A DNA stretch of 64,000 bases, taken from NCBI GenBank assembly GCA_965203095.1, contig OZ241877.1, positions 1,504,001-1,568,000 on the forward strand, read 5' to 3'. The position numbers were made by a program, and so were the translations under genes. Origin of the DNA: Bdellovibrionales bacterium. GTDB lineage: Bacteria > Bdellovibrionota > Bdellovibrionia > Bdellovibrionales > UBA1609. The notes below the pieces were generated by a model. The model worked only from the letters and a program-made list of their open reading frames with translations, was not told the DNA's origin and did no database searches. Positions 38,311-47,120 of the stretch are shown in pieces. Positions within the stretch are counted from its first letter, which is position 1. Every line of letters begins with the position of its first letter.

Positions 38311-38539
38311 ACTAAAAAACGGCTAAAAAACTTTATTTTTTCCATTTTTAAGACAAAAAATCCTGTTTTTTTCTATTTTTACAAAAAAACCCAATGGACT
38401 TTGTTGGGTTTTTATATTAAAATCATCTTATGGATAAAATCAGCATTAAAAAACTGCAACAATATGCAAAAAAACAGCATATTAACATTACTCCTTATAT
38501 TTTGGCACTTACAACATGAATAAACAGGCTTGAAAAATA

Positions 38540-40099
38540 GTGAGAATGCAATCAAGTAATGATATTTTATTTAGGAACTTTGATGTTTTTTCTCATTCAG
38601 AAAAAAATCTAAATAATTTTAAGTCTTTAATTTTTAAATTAGCCCTTCAGGGAAAGCTGAATTTTCAAAAACTATCAGAAGGCCGTATTAAAAAACCTTT
38701 ACAAGCTCTTGTTGAGGAGCAAAAAGCTTATCTCAAAAGACAAGGCATCCTTTTTGAAGAACAACCAAACAGCCCCTGGCCTATAGTAGAGTTAGGAAAA
38801 TTATTAGACTATGAACAACCCACAAATTATATTGTTAATTCTACTAATTATAAAGATGAATATAAAACCCCTGTTTTGACTGCTGGGAAAAGTTTTTTAC
38901 TGGGTTGGACAAATGAAAAAACAGGCATTTTTCCAAAAGAAAAATTGCCAGTAATAATTTTTGATGATTTTACAACGGCGACAAAATTTGTGGATTTTCT
39001 GTTTAAAGTCAAATCTTCAGCTATGAAAATTTTGCATTTATCCAATATTTACAATTCTCATGAATCAAGTCATTCCCGCGAAAGCGGGAATCCACAGAAC
39101 ATAACAAAAGAAGATAAAAATACTTATATAAAATTTATTTTCTATATCATGCAAAGTATTGAATTTGATACTAAAACACATAAACGATATTGGATTTCTC
39201 AATACTCAAAAATAAAAATCCCACTTCCTCCATTAGCAATTCAAAAAGAAATTGTCGCTCTTATGGAGAAATGCACTTTGTTAGAAACTCAGATAAAGGA
39301 AAAATCCCAAAAGCAAAAGGAGTTTTCCAAATCCTCCATGCATTTCATTACTCAGGCTCAAGATAAAAAAGAGACAGCTTATCATTGGGAATTTTTGAAA
39401 AACAATTTTAAAGATATTTTATATTCTGAAAGCGGAGCAAAGCAGTTTAAGGCTATGGCCTTCCAGCTTTGCCTTAAAGGAAAGCTGAATTTTCAAAAAC
39501 TATCAACAGGTCGTATCCAACAGCCCTTACAAACTCTTGTTGAGGAGCAAAAACAGTATCTCAAAAAACAAGGCAGACCTTTTGACAAACAGTTAGACAG
39601 CCCCTGGCCTATAGTGGAATTAGGCGAAAGCTTAGAAAAGATAAAGTATACAAATAAAATTAAAAAATCTAACTTTTTAAAAAAAGGAGTATTTCCAATT
39701 ATCGACCAATCAGAGAACTTTATTTCTGGATATTGGAATAATCAAAAAGATGTGTTTAAAGTAAATAGTCCAATTATTATTTTTGGAGATCATACTTGTT
39801 GTTTTAAATATATTGATTTTGATTTTGTTCTTGGAGCTGACGGTGTAAAAATTATTCAACCTAAAAAACATTTTTTTCCATTTTTTTTATATTATTTATT
39901 ATTGAATACTAAACTAACAAATTTAGGTTATTCAAGGCATTTTAAATCTTTAAAAAAAATAAAAATCCCACTTCCTCCTTTGGCAATTCAAAAAGAAATT
40001 GTCTCTCTTATGGAATATGCAGAAAACATAGAAAAGCAAATCCAAAAAGAAAAAAACCTAAGCCTTCAACTATCTCAATCTTTATCTTATCATCTATGA
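38540..40099 (+). CDS. hsdS: Type I R-M specificity subunit with two TRDs
   Basis: Duplicated conserved regions (GKLNFQKLS...SPWPIVELG; KIKIPLPPLAIQKEIV) flanking two TRDs. Confidence 0.9.
   Translation: MRMQSSNDILFRNFDVFSHSEKNLNNFKSLIFKLALQGKLNFQKLSEGRIKKPLQALVEEQKAYLKRQGILFEEQPNSPWPIVELGKLLDYEQPTNYIVNSTNYKDEYKTPVLTAGKSFLLGWTNEKTGIFPKEKLPVIIFDDFTTATKFVDFLFKVKSSAMKILHLSNIYNSHESSHSRESGNPQNITKEDKNTYIKFIFYIMQSIEFDTKTHKRYWISQYSKIKIPLPPLAIQKEIVALMEKCTLLETQIKEKSQKQKEFSKSSMHFITQAQDKKETAYHWEFLKNNFKDILYSESGAKQFKAMAFQLCLKGKLNFQKLSTGRIQQPLQTLVEEQKQYLKKQGRPFDKQLDSPWPIVELGESLEKIKYTNKIKKSNFLKKGVFPIIDQSENFISGYWNNQKDVFKVNSPIIIFGDHTCCFKYIDFDFVLGADGVKIIQPKKHFFPFFLYYLLLNTKLTNLGYSRHFKSLKKIKIPLPPLAIQKEIVSLMEYAENIEKQIQKEKNLSLQLSQSLSYHL
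39069..39094. repeat. dRS3/REP-like palindrome in frame within hsdS
   Basis: GTCATTCCCGCGAAAGCGGGAATCCA, translated as SHSRESGNP. Confidence 0.85.
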
Positions 40100-40114
40100 A
40101 AAAGATTTTATACT

Positions 40115-40156
40115 GATTCTTTTTGAAAATTCCTGCTTTCTCTACTCTGTTTTGAC
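40115..40156 (+). repeat. Right copy of the imperfect 42-bp direct repeat flanking hsdRMS
   Basis: GATTCTTTTTGAAAATTCCTGCTTTCTCTACTCTGTTTTGAC. Confidence 0.6.
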
Positions 40157-40291
40157 TGGAAATCAGAGGATTGTTTAAGAGTTTCTCTATATCTGTTTAA
40201 GTTTAGCGGATGATATTTAAAGAGAGGCTTGACACAACTTATCTGACAATTTTAAACTGATCTTAAATATCCACTTTTAGGGAGGTAATTC

Positions 40292-41992
40292 ATGTCTTTG
40301 GAAACGATATTAAAAAATTTAGATCCATCTCTATTTCAAAGTGTCATCTTAGGAATATTGGCGATTTTTATTCCTTTTTCAATAGTTTTTTTAATGGACA
40401 TTTTAGATCCCAAAAAACAAAGAAATGAGTTTGAAAAAATGGTTTTAGTTGAACAAGTTTTGAGTGTTAGAATGGTATTTTGGCTTTCAGTATTGGGACT
40501 TGGTTTTCTGGCTTTTTTTTCTGGCAAAAATGTATCAGATATCACAAAGTTAATTGTTGTTTTTATTTCAGCAGTTCTTATATTTTATCTTTGGATACCA
40601 TTCAAAAGAGTCTTGAAATTCTCTGAAGGTTATAAGACAGAATTTGAAATTAAATTTTTAAAAGGATTACAATTATTTAAAATATTGCCCTTTTCTAATA
40701 GACAAAAAATAGAAAAAATACATAGGTCATGGAAGTCTCTATGGGCAGAAAAATCAAAAGATTACTCAATCCACAGTGAAAAAGAATTTACAAAGTTATT
40801 TATCCGTCATATTGATAATTTGATAGATCATGAACAGTGGAATGAGATTATTTCTCTAATTGATGCATATATAAAAAATCTTGATAAAAGGAGTATATTT
40901 TCAGTTAAATATGATATATTCCCAAAGCTTTTTGAATGGGATAGAAATTTTTTAATATTACAAAAAAAGCTTCAAAAAAAGAATAATATTAAAGAAAGGA
41001 TTGAAAAATCAATTTCAAAAAAATATTTTCCTACATTAAAAAAATACACTTTAAGAATTCTTGAAAAATTTGTTATTAAATCTAACTCTTTTTATAGTGG
41101 AAAATATTTTCGTTTCAAGCTCTTTCCTGAATTGGTAAAATTCTTATTGTATAATCAATTTTTATCTCATCAATTATTTGAAGGTTTTAAAAATTTTATT
41201 GACAAAATTGAAGAAAAATTAGAAAAATGTAAAAATAAAATTAAAAAAAATAAACTAAAAAAAGATATGGAAAGTTGGTTTTCTAATTTTTGCCCTGTAT
41301 TGTTTGAAAATATTTATAAATCACCTAATAAAGAGACCATTTGGAGTCTTAATTTTCCTAAAGAATGGAAAATAACACTTGAAAATTCAAATGCGAAGGT
41401 CCCACGAATTATTTTAAAATGTTTTTTGAAATGGACTCAGAATCGCAATATTTTTAAAACAGAATATTTAAAAGATAATGATGAAGCTCTAAATGAAGTC
41501 ATAAAAGGCATTTTTCCAAATTATCATACAGAGACTTTTTTATCATTTTTGATGCTTCTCTTCTCTTATGAGATTAAAGATGCAATTCAGAAAATACCAA
41601 GATTTTCTATTATAAAAGTTGATCTTGTTTCTTCCTCTGGTGAAAAAAGTTGGGAGGAAATTTCTCACTTAATTGAATTGAAAGCAGAAGAGAAAAAGAG
41701 AGAAACAGTTGATCTGATTTTTACATATTTTAAAAATTTCCGACCTTTTAGAGTATATAAATCTGATCTTACAGAGGAACAATTAAAAAATTGGGGGGAG
41801 CATTCTGAAAATCAAAAAAATAAAATTCTTAACAAGCAGAGAAAAACAAAATTAGAAAATATTTTAAATGAATTAAATAGCAAAGATATAATAGATTTTT
41901 GTAAAAACTCTGAATATCGTAAAGTTCAAAGAAAGTATTTTATTGAATTGATTAAATTGTTTCTTGAGTCAATTCATAAACATTTTCCTTAA
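40292..41992 (+). CDS. Hypothetical protein with three N-terminal TM helices and a large helical soluble region
   Basis: 566-aa ORF, GGAGG RBS, very AT-rich. Confidence 0.7.
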   Translation: MSLETILKNLDPSLFQSVILGILAIFIPFSIVFLMDILDPKKQRNEFEKMVLVEQVLSVRMVFWLSVLGLGFLAFFSGKNVSDITKLIVVFISAVLIFYLWIPFKRVLKFSEGYKTEFEIKFLKGLQLFKILPFSNRQKIEKIHRSWKSLWAEKSKDYSIHSEKEFTKLFIRHIDNLIDHEQWNEIISLIDAYIKNLDKRSIFSVKYDIFPKLFEWDRNFLILQKKLQKKNNIKERIEKSISKKYFPTLKKYTLRILEKFVIKSNSFYSGKYFRFKLFPELVKFLLYNQFLSHQLFEGFKNFIDKIEEKLEKCKNKIKKNKLKKDMESWFSNFCPVLFENIYKSPNKETIWSLNFPKEWKITLENSNAKVPRIILKCFLKWTQNRNIFKTEYLKDNDEALNEVIKGIFPNYHTETFLSFLMLLFSYEIKDAIQKIPRFSIIKVDLVSSSGEKSWEEISHLIELKAEEKKRETVDLIFTYFKNFRPFRVYKSDLTEEQLKNWGEHSENQKNKILNKQRKTKLENILNELNSKDIIDFCKNSEYRKVQRKYFIELIKLFLESIHKHFP

Positions 41993-42150
41993 AGTGGCAT
42001 AATGGCGAGAAAGCGGGCGAAAGTTGAGGTGTGTTTTCAGCTTTTTTCAAACTCTGGAGGGTTTTTATAGCCCAAAATGGAATGGAGGCAGGGTATAGAG
42101 CACTTGAAGAGGGACTGTTGTATTTGTTTGTCTGCAAGATCTTAAGTGGT

Positions 42151-42230
42151 GAGAGTTCAAGGTATTTTATCAGGAACAAGTTTTTCTGGATTCCCGCTTT
42201 CGCGAGAGCTAAAAAGCCCAGTGGAGTCCT
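42151..42230. mobile_element. Partial composite MITE/REP element
   Basis: CAAGGTATT...GAACAAGTTTTTCTGGATTCCCGCTTTCGCGAGAGCTAAAAAGCCCAGTGG, closely similar to 6090-6165. Confidence 0.6.
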
Positions 42231-42343
42231 AATAATATTTTAGGTTGCACATTATTTTGGTATTTATAACAAAAAAGATATTGACAAAGCTTAAATTTTC
42301 TTTCAATCTATCTTGGGAATAAAGCAAGAGGAAGTTTATCCAC

Positions 42344-43957
42344 ATGACAGGCAAACAAATCAAAAATCTTATCTTAACAGGTGAAGGCTATCACATAGAA
42401 TTTAAACAAGCTTTAGATAAAAGCCTTATTGATACGGTGTGTGCTTTTGCCAACTCTTCCGGTGGTTATATTTTAATGGGTGTTGCTGATGACAAAACTA
42501 TCAAAGGCATTGACACCAGCAATCGCTTTCGCTCCAAAATTCAAGACCTATTGGGCCAGCTACAACCCAAATTGGATATATCCGTTGAGGTTAAAAAAAA
42601 CCTTATGGTTATTCATGTTCCTGAAGGGCAGGAAAAGCCTTATGCTGGCTCCAGAGGATTTTTTATGAGAATAGGGGCAAATTCTCAAAAAATGACAAGG
42701 AATGAGATTATCAGTTTTTTTAAAAAAGAGGGACGAGTGAATTTTGAGGAGCTAATCAATGAGAAAGCTAATTTTGAAAAGGACTTTGATCCAAAAGCTT
42801 TTAAACATTTTTTAAAGCTTTCAGGTATTAGTCCAACTATTAAACGAGAAACACTTTTGCAGAATTTAGATTGCTTGAGCTATGATAAAAAACTTACAAA
42901 TTTAGGGGTTTTATTTTTTGCTAAAGATATAGATTTTATTATGAACTATGCTCTTGTAGATTGTGTTTTATTTAGAGGAACAGAGAAAGTTAAAATTTTG
43001 GACAGAAAACAATACAAAGGCCATCTTATTGAAAATATTGAAAGTGCTTTGGCTTTTGTTCAAAGGCATACCAATACAGAATATGTAATTACCGGCCAAC
43101 CTCGAAGAGAAGAAATCCCTGATTATCCTGAAACTGCTTTGCGGGAAGCGATTGTCAATGCCGTTTGCCATAGGGATTATTTTGAAAAACGATGCCATGT
43201 TGTTGTGGAGGTATTTGCTAACAGGGTGGAAATTTATAACCCCGGTGGTTTGCCTAATGGGCTTGATCCAAAAAAGTTTGGAACAAAAAGCGTGCCCCGC
43301 AATCTCTTAATTGCCTCAATGCTACATAGAGCAAATTACATAGAGCAAGCTGGGACAGGGATTAACCGTATTAAAGAAGCCTTAGCCAAACATAAAAAAC
43401 AGCTGGATCTGGAAATCCAATACAGCGATGATAGTCTTTTTTACAGTGTTATTTTTAGGAAAAAAGACATGGCAAAAGCCACTTACAGGGGATTGGTAAA
43501 AAACCCTAACAAGAGGTTGGTAAAAATTACCCAGAAAACAACTCAGAAAAGGGGTCAAGATACTACCCAGAAAGTCTTGATTGGAACTTCCATAAATAGG
43601 GTAAAAATCCCTAAAAACAGGATAAAATCTGCTAAAAAAAACATAATCATTAGGAACACTACTCAGAGAACCACTCAAAAAAGTAAGTTTCGGTCTATTT
43701 TCGGTGTAAATGCCAATAAGTTTCGGTCTATTTTCGGTGTAAATGCCAGCAATTTTCAATCTATTTTCGGTGTAAATACTCTCAACACAGCTTGGTTAAT
43801 TCATAAAAATCCAAATATAACAGCTAAAGAAATCTCAGAGAAATTATCTGTCACTAAACGAACTGCCGAAAATTATCTTTCTAAATTAAAAATGGCTAAA
43901 CATATTGTAAGGCTTGGTTCTGATAAAACAGGGCATTGGGAGATTATAAAAAAATAA
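42344..43957 (+). CDS. AlbA_2 (Schlafen-like) + HATPase_c_4 + C-terminal HTH protein (RecG-C-like ATP-dependent regulator)
   Basis: GEGYHIEFK, VCAFANSSGG..LMGVAD, REAIVNAVCHRDY, NPGGL, RN, GTGI, RLGSDKTGHWEI. Confidence 0.85.
   Translation: MTGKQIKNLILTGEGYHIEFKQALDKSLIDTVCAFANSSGGYILMGVADDKTIKGIDTSNRFRSKIQDLLGQLQPKLDISVEVKKNLMVIHVPEGQEKPYAGSRGFFMRIGANSQKMTRNEIISFFKKEGRVNFEELINEKANFEKDFDPKAFKHFLKLSGISPTIKRETLLQNLDCLSYDKKLTNLGVLFFAKDIDFIMNYALVDCVLFRGTEKVKILDRKQYKGHLIENIESALAFVQRHTNTEYVITGQPRREEIPDYPETALREAIVNAVCHRDYFEKRCHVVVEVFANRVEIYNPGGLPNGLDPKKFGTKSVPRNLLIASMLHRANYIEQAGTGINRIKEALAKHKKQLDLEIQYSDDSLFYSVIFRKKDMAKATYRGLVKNPNKRLVKITQKTTQKRGQDTTQKVLIGTSINRVKIPKNRIKSAKKNIIIRNTTQRTTQKSKFRSIFGVNANKFRSIFGVNASNFQSIFGVNTLNTAWLIHKNPNITAKEISEKLSVTKRTAENYLSKLKMAKHIVRLGSDKTGHWEIIKK
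43685..43777 (+). repeat. 33-bp in-frame tandem repeat, 3 copies (KFRSIFGVNAN)
   Basis: AAGTTTCGGTCTATTTTCGGTGTAAATGCCAAT and two variants. Confidence 0.85.
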
Positions 43958-43963
43958 AAACCA

Positions 43964-44008
43964 GTCATTCCCGCCTTGAGCGGGAATCCAAACTAAAAGG
44001 AGGAAAAA
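43964..44008 (+). promoter_or_regulatory. Cassette leader 1: REP palindrome (CCTTGAG loop variant) + RBS
   Basis: GTCATTCCCGCCTTGAGCGGGAATCCA-AACTAA-AAGGAGGAAAAA-ATG. Confidence 0.7.
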
Positions 44009-44254
44009 ATGACAGTTAAAGAATTTAAGGAACAATTAAAAAAATATCCCGATAATATGCGAGTTGTAGTTAGCGGATATGAATCCGGTTGGGACGATAT
44101 AAAGATAGACAGTTTATCCATAAGAACAGTTTTTTTAAACTATGGAAAAAAGGATTATGAGGGACAGCATGAAGACGCAGACGGCTTTACCAAAAAGAAA
44201 GCTGGAAAATTAAAAACAGCCAAAGTTTTAGCCATTCCTCGATCTTCTAATTAG
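44009..44254 (+). CDS. Small hypothetical protein (phage-like, MTVKE... type)
   Basis: 81-aa ORF with strong RBS; stop codon coincides with the left end of the MITE. Confidence 0.65.
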   Translation: MTVKEFKEQLKKYPDNMRVVVSGYESGWDDIKIDSLSIRTVFLNYGKKDYEGQHEDADGFTKKKAGKLKTAKVLAIPRSSN

Positions 44255-44387
44255 TTTTTCGTGAAACAGTATCCTCTTAGCTTTCTATCCAAAGGCTGTT
44301 CCATGAGGGGCCAAGGCATTTTTCCGCGAACAAGTTTTTATGGATTTCCGCTTTCGCGAAAATGACTTGCTTTTTCACGGAGGACTA
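44252..44387. mobile_element. MITE-like element, 136 bp, TA ends, degenerate TIR, containing a reversed REP
   Basis: TAGTTTTTCGTGAAACA ... TTTTTCACGGAGGACTA; internal CCATGAGGGGCCAAGGCATT and GGATTTCCGCTTTCGCGAAAATGAC. Confidence 0.6.
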
Positions 44388-44430
44388 ATTAAACTGGAAA
44401 TGGTTTTTAAACAAAAGGAGGAAAATAAAA

Positions 44431-45486
44431 ATGTCAGATCAAAAAAATAATCATGAAGTATTCCCTTGTTGCCCTATATGGTGGTCAGAACTTAAATCAC
44501 AAAGGCATATTCAAGGAGGTTTAGACCCTATATATGAGCTTGACAGTCCTCGAGCTGGCGGAAAATATACTGTTTTGTCTTCTTTTTCACAACTTCGTGA
44601 GACTAATAAATATAAAGAACTTTTTAATGACAAAGAAAAGATTGTTTTGTCAGCTTGGATAGCCAGAGAAAACTTAAAGGGCAATGTCCCTGATCTAACA
44701 TCCATGATAGGAGATAATAGAAGAGATGCGGAGGATTATTTTTTAAATAGATTGCCCTCCAAACCCAATCCAACAGAGAGAGCTTATTTACTTTTAGAGG
44801 GACTTGTAAAAAAAAGCACTTTTATTGGAAAAACTTTTTTAAGCCATGATATGCCATATTTAGAAGGTCCTGAAATACTTTGTTCAGATGACGGTGAAAA
44901 ATATGCTTTCTTTTATGCTCTTTCTTATTGTGATGATAATAAAGAAATGAATTATCTTTTAGATTACTTAAGGAAGGAGGAGTTCATCCATAATATAGGA
45001 AAATCTAAAGATTTTCAAGTCACAGTCAAAGGCTTTGAGCAAATCAATACAGTTTCAAATACCAACTCTAAAACCGCTTTTATTGCCATGTGGATTCACT
45101 CTTCTATGGACAAGCTTTATAGAAGTATTGAAACAGCAGTCAAACAGGCAGGATATAAATCTTTGAGAATTGACAAAAAAGAGCATATCCAGAAAATTGA
45201 TGATGAGGTTTTAGCAGAAATCAAAAAAGCCCGATTTGTTATTTGTGATCTCACTTCAGAAGAGGGCAAACCCAGAGGAAGTGTTTATTTTGAGGCTGGC
45301 TATGCTTTAGGAAAAGACATTTCCATTATATGGACTTGTAAGGAAAGCCTAAAAGAAGAGTTAGCTTTTGACATTCGCCAATATAACTGTTTATTTTGGG
45401 AAGAGAATAAAATGGACGATTTTGTTAAAAAACTTCAACAAAGGATTGAGAATGCCATAGGCAAAGGGCCTTTAAAACAAAAATAA
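44431..45486 (+). CDS. Protein with C-terminal nucleoside 2-deoxyribosyltransferase-like (NDT/TIR-like) domain
   Basis: AFIAMW, 'RIDKKEH', 'FVICDLT...RGSVYFEAGYALG', 'AFDIRQYN'. Confidence 0.7.
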   Translation: MSDQKNNHEVFPCCPIWWSELKSQRHIQGGLDPIYELDSPRAGGKYTVLSSFSQLRETNKYKELFNDKEKIVLSAWIARENLKGNVPDLTSMIGDNRRDAEDYFLNRLPSKPNPTERAYLLLEGLVKKSTFIGKTFLSHDMPYLEGPEILCSDDGEKYAFFYALSYCDDNKEMNYLLDYLRKEEFIHNIGKSKDFQVTVKGFEQINTVSNTNSKTAFIAMWIHSSMDKLYRSIETAVKQAGYKSLRIDKKEHIQKIDDEVLAEIKKARFVICDLTSEEGKPRGSVYFEAGYALGKDISIIWTCKESLKEELAFDIRQYNCLFWEENKMDDFVKKLQQRIENAIGKGPLKQK

Positions 45487-45493
45487 CAAACAA

Positions 45494-45542
45494 TCATTCC
45501 CGCCTTGAGCGGGAATCCAGAACAAACCAGAAGGAGGAAAAA
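45494..45542 (+). promoter_or_regulatory. Cassette leader 3: REP palindrome (CCTTGAG loop variant) + RBS
   Basis: TCATTCCCGCCTTGAGCGGGAATCCA-GAACAAACCAG-AAGGAGGAAAAA-ATG. Confidence 0.7.
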
Positions 45543-45971
45543 ATGAATCAAAAACAAGAAAAAATAACAGCAAAAGAAAAATGTCGTCAGAGGCTTTTAA
45601 GCCTTGAAAATGCTCTGGAATCTTTTAAAGAAGCTCATTCTTTTTACTTAAAAGATCCTGAAAATAAAATTTACAGTATGGCTTTAATCCAAAGTTTTGA
45701 GTTTTCTTTTGAGTTAAGCTGGGTGGCTTTAAAATATTTTATACAATATAAAGACCTTGCTACATTCAAATACGCAACGGATATTATTAAACAAGCTTTT
45801 AATAAGGATATAATTAAAGATGATAATCTTTGGATGGATATGTTAGAGTGTCGAAATAAATTATCTCATGTTTATGACGAGCAAATAGCTCGAAAATTTG
45901 TTAAAGAAATATCAAATAAGTATATAAAAGAGATAGATAATATTTATCATTTTTTAAAAAAGGAGCTTTAA
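45543..45971 (+). CDS. HEPN / nucleotidyltransferase substrate-binding protein (HI0074-like toxin)
   Basis: 'LIQSFEFSFELSWVALK', 'WMDMLECRNKLSHVYDE' (RxxxxH). Confidence 0.88.
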   Translation: MNQKQEKITAKEKCRQRLLSLENALESFKEAHSFYLKDPENKIYSMALIQSFEFSFELSWVALKYFIQYKDLATFKYATDIIKQAFNKDIIKDDNLWMDMLECRNKLSHVYDEQIARKFVKEISNKYIKEIDNIYHFLKKEL

Positions 45972-46372
45972 TGCCTTTTGGTCTTACTAAAAAAACTGTT
46001 AAACAGTTAAAAGATCTGTTTAAAAAATATCCTGAAATAAGCCAAGTAAAAATCTATGGTTCCAGGGCGAGAGGCGATTATAAAAGAGGTTCAGATATTG
46101 ATTTGGTTTTTTTTTCTGAATCCACAAAGGAGCTGTCATTAAGGTTGTCATGGGAGTTAAAAGCACTTAACACACTTTATTTGTTTGATATTGTAAACTA
46201 TAAAACCCTTAGCAATAACTATCTAAAAAAAGAAATAGATAAATATGGAAAAGTCTTTTATTTAAGAAATTCTAAAAATTCTATCTCACAAAAAACTCGC
46301 CATTCTCACCTTGAGCGGGAATCCAAAACAAACCAGAAGGAGGAAAATAAAAATGTCAGATCAAAAAAATAA
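45971..46372 (+). CDS. Minimal nucleotidyltransferase (MNT, HI0073-like antitoxin) with a read-through tail
   Basis: YGSRARGDYKRGSDIDL (GSX10DXD); translationally coupled to the HEPN gene (TAATG). Confidence 0.88.
   Translation: MPFGLTKKTVKQLKDLFKKYPEISQVKIYGSRARGDYKRGSDIDLVFFSESTKELSLRLSWELKALNTLYLFDIVNYKTLSNNYLKKEIDKYGKVFYLRNSKNSISQKTRHSHLERESKTNQKEENKNVRSKK
46301..46352 (+). promoter_or_regulatory. Cassette leader 4: degenerate REP (CCTTGAG loop variant) + RBS
   Basis: CATTCTCACCTTGAGCGGGAATCCA-AAACAAACCAG-AAGGAGGAAAATAAAA-ATG. Confidence 0.7.
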
Positions 46373-47120
46373 GAAGAATATTGAATCCAACCAAAAATAT
46401 ACTCCCCCTGAGTATAAAAAAAAGGCTTTTCACTGCCCACATTGTGAAGTGTATGCGAATCAGAATTGGAAAAATATTGTTTCAGAGGACCGAGAGTATG
46501 TGTATATGAATATGGATGATTGGTTATTGAGAACAGCCAGAAGATACAATCTAAATACAATGAATGAGTCGATTTTACAAAAAATTATAAAGGTATATAG
46601 TTCGCTTTTTATTGGAGGAATTGAACTTGCCCTTTGTGCTCGCTGTAAAAAATATTCTATATGGGTAGATGGGCAAATGGTTTATCCCAATATGCTCACA
46701 GCTCCTTTACCTATTGAGGAGATGCCGGAATCTGTAAAAAAGCTTTATAATGAGGCCAGAGAAATTTCTGGCAAGTCACCAAGGGGAGCTTGTGCCTTGT
46801 TAAGGCTGGCAGTTCAGCAACTTGTTAAAGAGTTAGGCGAAGATGAAAATAATTTAAGTAAAGCCATTGGCAATTTAGTCCAAAAAGGTTTACCAAAGAG
46901 AATACAAGAAGCTTTGGATTCTGTTAGAGTTATTGGCAACAATGCTGTTCATCCCGGCAAGATAAATATAGAAGATAAACCAGAGATAACAGATACTCTT
47001 TTTATGCTTATCAATTTTATTTCAGAAAAAATGTTTAAAGATGAGCAAAAAGTTGAGAAAATTTTTAGCTCTTTGCCTAAAAATTCTAAAAAAGCAACAG
47101 AACAAAGAGATCAAAAATGA
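46353..47120 (+). CDS. DUF4145-like HEPN protein with N-terminal Zn ribbon (start reassigned to 46353)
   Basis: CPHC...CARC; 'LYNEAR..SPRGACALLRLAVQ', 'LDSVRVIGNNAVHPG'. Confidence 0.8.
   Translation: MSDQKNKKNIESNQKYTPPEYKKKAFHCPHCEVYANQNWKNIVSEDREYVYMNMDDWLLRTARRYNLNTMNESILQKIIKVYSSLFIGGIELALCARCKKYSIWVDGQMVYPNMLTAPLPIEEMPESVKKLYNEAREISGKSPRGACALLRLAVQQLVKELGEDENNLSKAIGNLVQKGLPKRIQEALDSVRVIGNNAVHPGKINIEDKPEITDTLFMLINFISEKMFKDEQKVEKIFSSLPKNSKKATEQRDQK

Noticed and set aside
38430..38519. 29-codon ORF between hsdM and hsdS
   Set aside because: No RBS and no recognisable motif; cannot be supported
43964..46352. Classical integron with attC sites
   Set aside because: No RYYYAAC/GTTRRRY core sites recognised and no IntI in the window; reported instead as an integron-like hypothesis
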